IMG/VR virus record: IMGVR_UViG_3300034157_000063
Source of the DNA: a virus
Lineage: Duplodnaviria > Heunggongvirae > Uroviricota > Caudoviricetes
DNA length: 64,000 bases
Reading direction: 5' to 3' (one strand)
The notes below the pieces were generated by a model that worked only from the letters and a program-made list of their open reading frames with translations, did not search any database and had not been told where the DNA came from. The translations under genes were made by a program, and so were the position numbers. Positions 29,923 through 39,663 of the stretch are shown here, piece after piece (positions within the stretch are counted from its first letter, which is position 1; each line of letters opens with the position of its first letter).

Positions 29923-30756
29923 GTGACCTTTCATATGATAAATAGTGATAATATAAAAAATGAGTTAACAAAAATATTTGAAGATCTTAAATCTTTAAAT
30001 GATATAGATAATGAAATACAGTTAGATTTCGTAGAACCTAAAAGTATTGACATACCAGATATTACTAATCTTTTTAGAGAAGTAGATATATTTCATAGTG
30101 ATTTGTTGTATGAAATTGAATTTAATAAAAATAAAACTTATAATCAAAAAACAATTAATGAAAATTTTGAAAAAATTGAAAAAAGTTTTTTAAATTATCA
30201 ATTGTTAAGAAAAGATATTTCTAATTATGAAGTTCAACTATTAGATAAAAAAACAGATTATCAAGGTTTTTCATCCCATATTGAAAATTTAAACAATGAA
30301 ATAACGAATATTAGACAACAATTAATTGACCATGAAAACGAATGCAATCAAGCACTCTTGGAATTACGTCAGCGTGAAAAAGACTTTCATAGTGATTCTT
30401 TAAATTCTATTGAAGATCTTGAAGAGTTAGATTCAAATAATAGTTCAAATTTAAGTGCAACGGATTTTGATAACCATCCATTACATAAAGTTTACAATGA
30501 CTATTCAAATTTTTCTGACCTGATGGATATAGAAAAAAATAATTTAAAAAACAGTTTAAATTTAAGTGTTAAGGATTTGGAACAAACGAATGATAAATTA
30601 TCAAATTTTTCTAATTCTTTTGTTGAATATAAAAAAGAATTTATTTCAAAAATAAATAGTGTCAAACCAATTTTAACAATAATCGAAAAAGATATTAACG
30701 TTTTTTTGAATTCTTATATTGTTAAAAATAAACCAACAAATAAAAAAACTATTTAA
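29923..30756 (+). CDS. coiled-coil hypothetical protein (very low GC)
   Basis: Long ORF; possible distant relative of 20222/21291; Lys-rich tail. Confidence 0.6.
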   Translation: MTFHMINSDNIKNELTKIFEDLKSLNDIDNEIQLDFVEPKSIDIPDITNLFREVDIFHSDLLYEIEFNKNKTYNQKTINENFEKIEKSFLNYQLLRKDISNYEVQLLDKKTDYQGFSSHIENLNNEITNIRQQLIDHENECNQALLELRQREKDFHSDSLNSIEDLEELDSNNSSNLSATDFDNHPLHKVYNDYSNFSDLMDIEKNNLKNSLNLSVKDLEQTNDKLSNFSNSFVEYKKEFISKINSVKPILTIIEKDINVFLNSYIVKNKPTNKKTI

Positions 30757-30817
30757 TTCATTGACAATTTTTTAATATTGTTTTAAAATCTAAAAATCAA
30801 AATAAATGAGAGGTCAC

Positions 30818-30871
30818 ATGTTATTTTTATTCGCTAAGTTTTATGGAGGTAATTTTCGATGTTTTAACTAA
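30818..30871 (+). CDS. uORF/leader peptide MLFLFAKFYGGNFRCFN
   Basis: GAGG RBS; overlaps 16-bp hairpin masking downstream SD. Confidence 0.7.
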   Translation: MLFLFAKFYGGNFRCFN

Positions 30872-30885
30872 TATCGGAGGTTACT
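30848..30885 (+). promoter_or_regulatory. SD-sequestering hairpin
   Basis: GGUAAUUUUCGAUGUU pairs fully (with GU) to AAUAUCGGAGGUUACU. Confidence 0.75.
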
Positions 30886-31470
30886 ATGTTTTACACTTAC
30901 AAGATTTATGGTTTCGATGGTAAAATTTACTATGAAGAATCAAAGAAAAGTTTGTTCGAAGTCATTGATGACTTTGGTTTAAGACGATTTTTACATCGTT
31001 TTTGCAATACGTTTGAAATTGGCGAAGGCACTACTCTTCATTCTGAGAAAAGGGTTCAGGTTGGTGGTTGGTTCGATGAGAATGATGGTCATAAGTTTTA
31101 CCCACTCACTCAAAGCGAAACAGTTTGCCGCACAGGTGATTTCAGAATAGAAACGTTTGCAGGTGCAACTGTTGATATTTATGAGTTGTCTTATGAGTAT
31201 CGCCAGTCAAGAGATTTGTTGAAAGCTGCAAAGCCCGAACGTGTTCGCAATTCTTGGGCAAAACAAAAAGATAGACCCCTAGTTGTTAAGTATCCTGCTG
31301 GTGTCCGTCAGGAGCATGTTCAAAACGTTTTTGATAAAATGGATGGTTATGTAAAACTTAGACAAAGTAGAGTGAATGCTGTTAAACATGAATACTATTT
31401 CGAAAGTTATAGCATAAAAGGCAAGCCGAACTCTTGGAAAAACAGCAAAAAATCAAAGCAGTGGATGTGA
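30886..31470 (+). CDS. basic protein with SWK..KK..QW C-terminus (related to 14797..15408)
   Basis: GGAGG RBS; GDFxI and C-terminal motif shared. Confidence 0.8.
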   Translation: MFYTYKIYGFDGKIYYEESKKSLFEVIDDFGLRRFLHRFCNTFEIGEGTTLHSEKRVQVGGWFDENDGHKFYPLTQSETVCRTGDFRIETFAGATVDIYELSYEYRQSRDLLKAAKPERVRNSWAKQKDRPLVVKYPAGVRQEHVQNVFDKMDGYVKLRQSRVNAVKHEYYFESYSIKGKPNSWKNSKKSKQWM

Positions 31471-31538
31471 ATCCATTGCTTTTTTGTTGTTATAATTATC
31501 AAAATAATGTATAATGGTTCATCTTTAATGGAGCCTTT

Positions 31539-32405
31539 ATGATGTTAACTTTCGCAAACAATCTTTATTATAAATTTATTTCTTGTTTTTCTATATTTCT
31601 CAATAATAAACATTGGTTAAGGAAACATATTGCTCAAATTTTACCACCATTGTCAAGAATAAAAAAAATAAAATCAGACATATCAAATCTCTATTATGAT
31701 GGAGGCTATATTGGTAAAGTAAGTTTTGATAATAAAACGGTGATTATCAAAGATCCAAAAATGCTGACCTTTCTTAACAAAGACAATGCTGACTGCTTTC
31801 ATGATGATTTTTTAGAATTATCACAAATGGTCTATTTTGTTTTTTGTTACCTTTTTATGCCATCAAATTCAGAAGATAATTACAAAGATCGATGGTCAGT
31901 TTTTTTTAAAGCTTTGAAACATGATAAAATAACATCATTTGGTAAAACAATAAAAGCAACTGTTGATTTATTAATAAATTTAAACAACAATAAAACACCA
32001 CCTGACTTTGCAAATACTTTGAAAAATTGTAACAGGACACCTCCTATTTTAACTGAATTTGGAGTTGTTTTGAATTCTGATGGCTTAGAGTGTAAGCTAT
32101 TGCATTATACGGTAAAAATACCTAATTCAATGGACCATATTTCAGTTGTTTTACTAGACAGAGACGGCCAAAAATATTATAAATTAAGTAATATTTATGG
32201 ATTAACTAGATCTGAACTTATAGATAGCGGAATGGGTTTTGAGTGTTTTAAATTCAATATTAACGAATTTTTGAAATATTCAACAGTGTCTGAATTCATT
32301 GGTGATTTTTCAATGATGATGGTCAAAGGGATTTATCCAGATTACAAAGAAGACAAACATCCTACCATTCGAGATAAAATTATTTTTGACATGGCGGGCT
32401 ATTAA
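31539..32405 (+). CDS. hypothetical protein, tail family, paralog pair 1A
   Basis: Ends IIFDMAGY. Confidence 0.8.
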   Translation: MMLTFANNLYYKFISCFSIFLNNKHWLRKHIAQILPPLSRIKKIKSDISNLYYDGGYIGKVSFDNKTVIIKDPKMLTFLNKDNADCFHDDFLELSQMVYFVFCYLFMPSNSEDNYKDRWSVFFKALKHDKITSFGKTIKATVDLLINLNNNKTPPDFANTLKNCNRTPPILTEFGVVLNSDGLECKLLHYTVKIPNSMDHISVVLLDRDGQKYYKLSNIYGLTRSELIDSGMGFECFKFNINEFLKYSTVSEFIGDFSMMMVKGIYPDYKEDKHPTIRDKIIFDMAGY

Positions 32406-32465
32406 AAATAAATTGTAAATGCTATTAAATTATTGTATAATTGGCTATATTTTGTGGAGATTCAT

Positions 32466-33338
32466 ATGAGCAGCAATCCTTTTAAAAAGCTTTATTCTAA
32501 TATTGTATTTGGCATGACAATGCTGGATAAGGATAAACATTGGTTGCTAAAACGTATCGTCCATGAACTACCAGCATTTTCAAGTGTTAAAACGATGTCA
32601 TTTGATAAAGGTGTTTTGTTGTATGGGGATAATGACATAGGTAACCATTCAGAAGATCATACATGTGCCATTGTCAATAGTGAAAGGATGTTACATCTAC
32701 TGCATAAAAATGATTATGATAGCTTTCATGCTGATTTTATTGATCTGTCACAAATGACTTATTTCATTTTCTGTTATGTCTTTAATCCTTTTGAACCTGA
32801 GAAAACGTTTACGGAATGTTGGAAAGACTTTATGGGCAAGTCCCATTCTCAGCAGGTTCTTGCTTCTTTTAACAATAATAAGAAAGCATTGCTTACTTTG
32901 CCCTTCTCACTGCACAATAATCAGCCTATTGCTGGTTTAGAGAACACTTTAGTTAATGCTCGCAAGTCACCGCCTATTTTTTCTAATTGTGGTGTTGTCT
33001 TTGATAAAGCAGGAGATGAATTTAAGCTATTGCATTATACGGTTACAAAACCATTTGTTGAAGGACATGTGTCGGTTGTATTAATTGAAAAAAATGGTCA
33101 AAAATATTACAAAGTCAGTGTGACCGCAGGTAAAGATAATGCCGAATTGTTTAAAACCAATGAAGCGGGTGACGAATACTTCACATTTGATTTTAGTGAA
33201 TTTACAACTTATAACAAAGTTTCTGAATTTGTAGCTCAATTTTCAATGGCATTAGTCCGAGGTATTAATCCAGAGTATAAAGACGATGAGTTACCTAATA
33301 GACGATATAAAGATATTTTTGATATGATGGGTTATTAA
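32466..33338 (+). CDS. hypothetical protein, tail family, paralog pair 1B
   Basis: GGAG RBS; shares FHxDFxxLSQM and KLLHYTV; ends DIFDMMGY. Confidence 0.8.
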   Translation: MSSNPFKKLYSNIVFGMTMLDKDKHWLLKRIVHELPAFSSVKTMSFDKGVLLYGDNDIGNHSEDHTCAIVNSERMLHLLHKNDYDSFHADFIDLSQMTYFIFCYVFNPFEPEKTFTECWKDFMGKSHSQQVLASFNNNKKALLTLPFSLHNNQPIAGLENTLVNARKSPPIFSNCGVVFDKAGDEFKLLHYTVTKPFVEGHVSVVLIEKNGQKYYKVSVTAGKDNAELFKTNEAGDEYFTFDFSEFTTYNKVSEFVAQFSMALVRGINPEYKDDELPNRRYKDIFDMMGY

Positions 33339-33339
33339 T

Positions 33340-34005
33340 ATGAGCCGATTAGACGATTTATTAAATAGAGTTAGACTGGTGATGGATCATTATAGTATTG
33401 CTTATACTAATGACATCAAAAAGTTTGTCAAGCGGAAAGCAATTGAAACCTACTACCTTCATGCGAGCTTTGGTGTTGTTTTCATTGAAGTGAACCTTAA
33501 TACCTTTGAAGGAACTATTCAGTTTAATAAGATGTTTCAATCTATTAGACCTAAGTCAGAAGTTTTTGATTTTACAACAGGAAGTCCATTACTGCATAAG
33601 TATCAAGAAGCCTTCTTAACCGATAAAGAAATTTTTAATGCATTTGTCACTCAACATGATGATGATTACACCTTTAAAAGAACGTATGGTTACTTATTAG
33701 ATTTGTTAGATGTCTCACTTGTCTTTAAGGTCACTGCAGATGATACTGCGATTAATGAAAATGATTTTATTATTCGTTATAATACACTTCAATCGTGTAG
33801 TAAAATGTTAATGATGGACAAAGTTTCTTATTTGCAGTTTGAAAACAATTACGACTTTAACTATAAAGATGGCAAGCTGAGTTATGATGGCGACTATAAG
33901 CAGATTCATCAAGAAGTAAGTAATGCTTATAACTTAAATGACCCTGAGTTGACGTTTAAAGACTTTAAAGACTTGGCTCAATTAACTTTAATGAAGATCT
34001 ATTAG
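33340..34005 (+). CDS. hypothetical protein, tail family, paralog pair 2A
   Basis: Ends FKDLAQLTLMKIY. Confidence 0.8.
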   Translation: MSRLDDLLNRVRLVMDHYSIAYTNDIKKFVKRKAIETYYLHASFGVVFIEVNLNTFEGTIQFNKMFQSIRPKSEVFDFTTGSPLLHKYQEAFLTDKEIFNAFVTQHDDDYTFKRTYGYLLDLLDVSLVFKVTADDTAINENDFIIRYNTLQSCSKMLMMDKVSYLQFENNYDFNYKDGKLSYDGDYKQIHQEVSNAYNLNDPELTFKDFKDLAQLTLMKIY

Positions 34006-34023
34006 TTATGAAAGGTTATTTCT

Positions 34024-34698
34024 ATGGGCTATCCTAGTTATTTAAATAAGTTCTTTAATCAAGTAAAATTAGTGATTGCACATTATGGTATCGTTCACAA
34101 TAATGATATCACTTATTTTAGTCGTGAAGGTTACATGTGGACTTATTACATAACGGCCAGTTTTGGTAAAATTTACATTCATGTAGATACACAGATGATG
34201 AATGGTACAATTGAGTTCGATAGACTTTTTAAATCAGTTGAACATTGCATAGAATATGAATATTTTGTAATAAACCATCCACCTTTTAAAAAACAATTTG
34301 AAGCATTTTTAAAAGATAAAGAGATCTTTAATGCAATGGTCACTGATCATTTTGTTGATGACCCACTTATACGAACTTACGGTTCTTTATTAGAGATGTT
34401 GGATGTTTCATTAGTTTTAACGGTGTCGGCAGATAATGAGGTTGTTGATGAGGATAGTTTTATTATTCGCTATAATAAATCTATGTCATGGACTAAAATA
34501 CGAATTTTTGATAGAACTTATCATATAGTTTTTGAAAAAACTTATGATTTTAACTATGAGAATAGTAATCTTGTTTATGATGGTGACTATAAGGAACTTC
34601 ATCAAGCTATTACAGAAGCCTACCATTTAAATGAATTAGATTTTCCATTTACAGGATTTAAAGATTTAGCTCAATTGACATTGATGAAGATATATTAA
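34024..34698 (+). CDS. hypothetical protein, tail family, paralog pair 2B
   Basis: Identical last 13 aa to 2A. Confidence 0.8.
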   Translation: MGYPSYLNKFFNQVKLVIAHYGIVHNNDITYFSREGYMWTYYITASFGKIYIHVDTQMMNGTIEFDRLFKSVEHCIEYEYFVINHPPFKKQFEAFLKDKEIFNAMVTDHFVDDPLIRTYGSLLEMLDVSLVLTVSADNEVVDEDSFIIRYNKSMSWTKIRIFDRTYHIVFEKTYDFNYENSNLVYDGDYKELHQAITEAYHLNELDFPFTGFKDLAQLTLMKIY

Positions 34699-34729
34699 AA
34701 GGCCACGAGAGTGGCCTATTTATTTAAAG

Positions 34730-35677
34730 TTACCCTTTTAGTTTTTCAATATCTGCTTTTTCTACAATAATATCAATATTAGAAAGACTTTTTAAGTAAT
34801 GAAAGTGTTCGGAACCATGACTCCATGAGTTTAAAAGATACCAGTTTGTTATGTAAAAATATTTGTTATCTTCATGATCTGCTATTAGATTTGATATCTC
34901 ATTTTGTTCAGGTTTTTTTATATATTTAGTTTCTTTTTTATACAATAGATCATGTTTGTATACATAACTTTTATTAACAGTATCTTGTTCATTAAACTTT
35001 AATACATATAAATTTTTAACACCTCTTAATTCTTTTAAATAATTGTAAAGATCGTTTGCAAAATCTATTGCTTCAAATCTATTTTCAAGATTTATATTTG
35101 TGACTAATTCATTATTCGAAAATGCAATCTTTAATAAATCAGCATCTAATGGAGAGAAACCATTAATTTTTGCTAAGTGATGAGTCGTATTTTTTTCGTT
35201 TATGGGGTGATCTCCAAATTTATATGAAAATACATCATCATAACAACTTTTGAATTCAAAACTATAATTAAATTCATCTTTTTTAAATATACAAGATGAT
35301 ATTTTACTTTTAGGATGATTTATTAATGTTAAAAGTTGATTATAAAATAATTCAGCCTGACTCATTGTGTCAGTTTTTGTTTTTAATATATTTCTTAATG
35401 TTATAATAAACTCATGAGTTAATAAATTATCAATATTATCTATAACAATACCTTTGTATAAATCAATTTGATTACACATGGTTGATTTTATAACTGTGGG
35501 TGACATTTCTTTTTCTAATGCTTTTTTCAATTCATTATAGTTGTTACATCCTAATGATTGAGCAAATATTTCTTGACTTTCTGATAGTTTTTTACTACTG
35601 TCTTTTGATTCTCTGATTTTATGAAATCTTTTAACGAATTTATCTATATTACTTGATGTAATTTCTATCTTTGACAT
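34730..35677 (-). CDS. hypothetical protein with N-terminal glyoxalase-superfamily-like (Glyoxalase_8-type) helical domain
   Basis: KLSESQEIFAQSLGCNNYNEL; AGGAG RBS. Confidence 0.55.
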   Translation of the reverse strand: MSKIEITSSNIDKFVKRFHKIRESKDSSKKLSESQEIFAQSLGCNNYNELKKALEKEMSPTVIKSTMCNQIDLYKGIVIDNIDNLLTHEFIITLRNILKTKTDTMSQAELFYNQLLTLINHPKSKISSCIFKKDEFNYSFEFKSCYDDVFSYKFGDHPINEKNTTHHLAKINGFSPLDADLLKIAFSNNELVTNINLENRFEAIDFANDLYNYLKELRGVKNLYVLKFNEQDTVNKSYVYKHDLLYKKETKYIKKPEQNEISNLIADHEDNKYFYITNWYLLNSWSHGSEHFHYLKSLSNIDIIVEKADIEKLKG

Positions 35678-35894
35678 AATTTAAGCTCCTTTAAATATTA
35701 TTTTTAAATTTGACAAATAGAAGTCAACTTATTTAAAGTTATTAAATTAAATTAGTTGTTTTGTTTTTTTATCTTCATGATAATTGTTGCTTGATATAAG
35801 CTTCGCCGTCTAGTCTATTTAGCACGCCCACAACTGGACGATAATTTTATGATAAATTATTAAAAATAAATGTCAATATATGAATACACAGATT

Positions 35895-36134
35895 TTAATA
35901 TGTGATGGTGACAACATAATTATCGGATAATTTTTCAGTGGATGATTGTTTCTCAATGGTCGTTTTGACAAGCTGTTTGATATTGCCACAATCAACTGTC
36001 ACCAATTTTTCAGATGATGTTGCAGTGCATGGCGATGGCAAGATTGTTAAGCTAACTTCTATAGTTCCAGTCATAGAACCAGCTTGAACGCTTAATGGAG
36101 ATAGCAATAATAGGATTATCAATATTTTCAACAT
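35895..36134 (-). CDS. small exported protein
   Basis: Signal peptide ending VQA; GTIEVSLTI..PC; terminal VVTITY. Confidence 0.65.
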   Translation of the reverse strand: MLKILIILLLLSPLSVQAGSMTGTIEVSLTILPSPCTATSSEKLVTVDCGNIKQLVKTTIEKQSSTEKLSDNYVVTITY

Positions 36135-36260
36135 ATTTATTACCTTTTTTGGCATTTAAATTATATCATTTTATCAATGAAATATCTACATTTTAAACAA
36201 ATAAATATTGTTTTATCTGCTTGCTTGAGTTATAATCCGGTCAAATTAATCGGAGATTAT

Positions 36261-36782
36261 ATGATCAATTACATAAAAAACATCAAAAACCCAGCTTTGA
36301 AATGTTTCTTTCAGCTTTTTCCGCTGTTTGTTATCTTTTTTATCTGGAAAGATTTTGGGGCCGAGATAGGTCAGTTTGTTGGGGATTCTTTGGTTAAAAC
36401 TTCTGCCTTTATCTCACCAGTGTTTAGGTTTGCAGGTGAATATGTGATGGCACTGTTTGTATTTCTAACTATGTGGAGTGCTTGTGTTTTCTCCAAAGTT
36501 ATTAAATCTGAAAAAGATATAAACATTGTTAAATTTTGGAAAAATGTTGCTCATGCGGCATCTATTACTTTGTTTTTTTATTGTGTTTTGTATATTCTTG
36601 ATACAGTAAAATTTATTAATGATACGACAACAAGTACAGAAAAAGAATTGACTGATTTAAATGGGCTTATTATGATTACGGGCACTATTGCTCTTGTGAC
36701 AGTATTTGTAAATATTTATCTTTTCGGAAAAATGAGTGACTTGAAAAAAGAACAACTAAACCGTTCAGAGATTTATTCTTGA
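36261..36782 (+). CDS. membrane protein
   Basis: GGAG RBS; several TM segments. Confidence 0.7.
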   Translation: MINYIKNIKNPALKCFFQLFPLFVIFFIWKDFGAEIGQFVGDSLVKTSAFISPVFRFAGEYVMALFVFLTMWSACVFSKVIKSEKDINIVKFWKNVAHAASITLFFYCVLYILDTVKFINDTTTSTEKELTDLNGLIMITGTIALVTVFVNIYLFGKMSDLKKEQLNRSEIYS

Positions 36783-36821
36783 TAAAATTCGATTTACATT
36801 TTAAATTTAATAGGAGATTTT

Positions 36822-37334
36822 ATGCTTAATTATTCAAACACTCATAGACGAGATCCGCATGTTAAAAAGTATGCTTTGAAATGTGCATTGACACTGGCCG
36901 CTATTATTGCTGTAGGATTTATCTTGTTTAATTATGGTGAATCGATCTGGTATGGCATCTGCATTGTTTTCAATGGTTTCTGCTCTGGTGTGGCAACAGG
37001 ATTTGTGGCAACGGCTCAATTTTTGAAACCTGTCTTCGCTTCCGTAGGTCAATACATGCTGTGGGGTGGTTTATTGGTTTGTCTATGGTCTTTTTGTGTT
37101 TACTGTAAGATTGATGCCAATTGTGAAGAATCAAAAATGCAGTGGAGAATTATTGGTTTAAGTGCTAATTCGTTTTTATTTTTGTATACAATTTTGTATA
37201 TGATTTATCTTAATCAGAATGAAGATCCTTTCAGTAAATATTCCTCAATTTATAGCTTCTTATATTTTTACTGGATGATTTCCGGTGTGGCTTTTGTGTT
37301 TCCATATCGAGACGAAGATAACTCAAAGCAATAA
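36822..37334 (+). CDS. membrane protein
   Basis: AGGAG RBS; paralog of the previous gene. Confidence 0.7.
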   Translation: MLNYSNTHRRDPHVKKYALKCALTLAAIIAVGFILFNYGESIWYGICIVFNGFCSGVATGFVATAQFLKPVFASVGQYMLWGGLLVCLWSFCVYCKIDANCEESKMQWRIIGLSANSFLFLYTILYMIYLNQNEDPFSKYSSIYSFLYFYWMISGVAFVFPYRDEDNSKQ

Positions 37335-37462
37335 TATTATGAACATATACAAATAAACAACCAGCCAGAGTGCTGGTTTTTATTTAATTGAAATTTAATT
37401 TTTAAGCATTGCCTAATTTTATTTTTTTTGTTATAGTTTCAAAATATTAAAGGAGAATAATC

Positions 37463-38836
37463 GTGAATTTAAAAATGCTCAACACCTTAAGTGGACAAAA
37501 AGAAACCTTCAGACCCATTAAATCTGGTGAAGTGAGTATTTATGTCTGTGGTGTTACTTTGTATGATGATATTCATATCGGGCATCTTAAAAGTATTATT
37601 TCATTTGAAGTGATGAGAAATTACTTCTTGGCAAAAGGCCAGCAAGTTACGCTTGTGCGTAATATCACGGATGTTGATGATAAGATTATTATGAAGGCTG
37701 AACAATTAGGCGTTGACCCACTGGATTTGGTGAATAGCTATATTGATAAGTTCCATGCCGTTTTAGAACAAATGCAAATTCCTATGCCGGATGTTGAACC
37801 GCGTGTGACTCAATACCTACCAGAAATTTCAGATTACATCGAAGATCTCATTGAAAATGGTACCGCTTATGTGACTGATGATGGTGTTTACTTCGACACT
37901 CAACAAAATAAACAAGAACGTTATCCGCTCTCGAAAAAGATTGTGCAGGATTTGGATGACAATTCCAGACTGGATGATAAAGCATATAACAAGAAACATA
38001 AGGCAGACTTTGCCTTATGGAAGCTTGATGACAAGTATGGATATCACAGCAATGTGTTTAGTAAGCAGGGCCGTCCCGGTTGGCATATTGAATGTTCTGT
38101 TATGCATCATCATACATTAGGTCAACATTTTGATATTCATGGGGGTGGTCGTGATCTTATTTTCCCACATCATGAAAATGAAATTTTGCAGAGTGTGGCT
38201 CACAATGGTGTCAATCCTGCGAATTACTGGCTGCATAATGGAATGATGACCAGTGATGGTAAAAAGCTCTCAAAATCGCTAGGAAACTCTATCTATGTAA
38301 AAGACATGTTAGACAGCTACTCAGGTGAAGCGTTGAAACTGTTCTTGAACAAAGGGCAATACAACCAATCACAAGAATTTAAAGAAGATGAATTACAAGA
38401 CGCACAAAACCACTGGGATAACTTTGTTCGTGATGTTCCAGAGTATCTGTTTGATAATTTAGATGATAATGTTTATTTTGAACAAGCACTCAATGCTTTG
38501 GATGATGATTTTAATACACCACAAGTCATTATTGTGCTTCATGAAGGCTTGAAGAACTTGCGTAGGTCTAAATCCTTGAATGTAGCCGAAGATGTCTTGA
38601 AAGTATTCAAATTGTTAGCGGTTGTCCCATCGGATGCTACATTAGAAACGGTTTATGAGAAATGGATGACGGAAGCAGCAAAGCCATCTGCAGAGATAGT
38701 AGAGCTTGTTCATAAACGTCAACAGGCTAAATTAGATAAAAACTATACGTTAGCTGATCAGTATCGCCAACAGGTTCAATCACAAGGTTGGCAAATACTT
38801 GATAAAGGTGATACCTTTGAGTTGCGAAAGATTTAA
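37463..38836 (+). CDS. cysS: cysteine--tRNA ligase
   Basis: YVCGVTLYD..HIGH, NITDVDDKII, GRPGWHIECS, DIHGGGxDLIFPHHENE, KLSKS, DDFNT. Confidence 0.97.
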   Translation: MNLKMLNTLSGQKETFRPIKSGEVSIYVCGVTLYDDIHIGHLKSIISFEVMRNYFLAKGQQVTLVRNITDVDDKIIMKAEQLGVDPLDLVNSYIDKFHAVLEQMQIPMPDVEPRVTQYLPEISDYIEDLIENGTAYVTDDGVYFDTQQNKQERYPLSKKIVQDLDDNSRLDDKAYNKKHKADFALWKLDDKYGYHSNVFSKQGRPGWHIECSVMHHHTLGQHFDIHGGGRDLIFPHHENEILQSVAHNGVNPANYWLHNGMMTSDGKKLSKSLGNSIYVKDMLDSYSGEALKLFLNKGQYNQSQEFKEDELQDAQNHWDNFVRDVPEYLFDNLDDNVYFEQALNALDDDFNTPQVIIVLHEGLKNLRRSKSLNVAEDVLKVFKLLAVVPSDATLETVYEKWMTEAAKPSAEIVELVHKRQQAKLDKNYTLADQYRQQVQSQGWQILDKGDTFELRKI

Positions 38837-38875
38837 GTAGAAAAAAGAAAACCTCAGAGATGAGGTTTTTTATTG

Positions 38876-39649
38876 TTAAATGTCTATCATTTTCTTTAAT
38901 GTCAGTAAATCATTTAAATGTACTTTATCTTTTATTAAGTTAGGGTCTAAAATATTGCAACTATCACTTTCAGTTAAATTTAGATAAGATTGTATTGCAG
39001 TAAATAATTCATGCTCTTTATATAAGCCATTCACAACAGTAAATATATTATTTAATTCAACACCATTACTTGAATAGATAAGATTGTAATTATTGGGTAT
39101 GATACGGACATTTTTGTAATTATATGTATTAGTGTGAACCAGCAGTGTTGATGACAAACGCATTTCACCCACCATAATAACATCAGGATCTGACCGAATA
39201 AGTGAACGCATTATTTTTGCAAACATATTGTTAGGTTCTATGCTGTTTTTATAGGTATAAAATATGTTCTTGTAAAAGGTTGTTGATAGAGTATAACTTT
39301 TAGATTTTATATCATAGGTTATTTTTACGAAGATGGTTGGATCTTTTACTTTTTCATATGATTGAATTTGATTGTAGATATTAAGGTAACAATTAAACGA
39401 GTTTTCAAATTCTTTTATTATGTTTGAGCAATGATCATTTAAATAGGTATATGATTGATTTAAATCCATTATGAAGTTAATCGTTTCATTATTAGCTGAA
39501 ATGGTTGGTTGAGAATCTTCTGTAATCCATAGACCATCTTTAATATTTAGTATTTCTTCGTCTTTATTACTATAAATTGAATGAATTAATTCTATATTAA
39601 AATTTTCATGTGTAACAAGTTTTATAAATTCTTTGATATTATTTATCAT
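38876..39649 (-). CDS. hypothetical protein with secretion-ATPase Walker-B-like insert, tail family
   Basis: RSLIRSDPDVIMVGEMR; ends LTLKKMIDI. Confidence 0.75.
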   Translation of the reverse strand: MINNIKEFIKLVTHENFNIELIHSIYSNKDEEILNIKDGLWITEDSQPTISANNETINFIMDLNQSYTYLNDHCSNIIKEFENSFNCYLNIYNQIQSYEKVKDPTIFVKITYDIKSKSYTLSTTFYKNIFYTYKNSIEPNNMFAKIMRSLIRSDPDVIMVGEMRLSSTLLVHTNTYNYKNVRIIPNNYNLIYSSNGVELNNIFTVVNGLYKEHELFTAIQSYLNLTESDSCNILDPNLIKDKVHLNDLLTLKKMIDI

Positions 39650-39663
39650 GTATGTTCCTATTT

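Noticed and set aside
35800-35842. Assignment to pistol ribozyme, SAM-II or guanidine-III
   Set aside because: Only partial motif resemblance (UAAAUAG, GACGGCG); required pairings not found
37335-37462. Cys leader upstream of cysS
   Set aside because: Only MNIYK, with no Cys and lying before the upstream terminator; promoter is adjacent to the RBS
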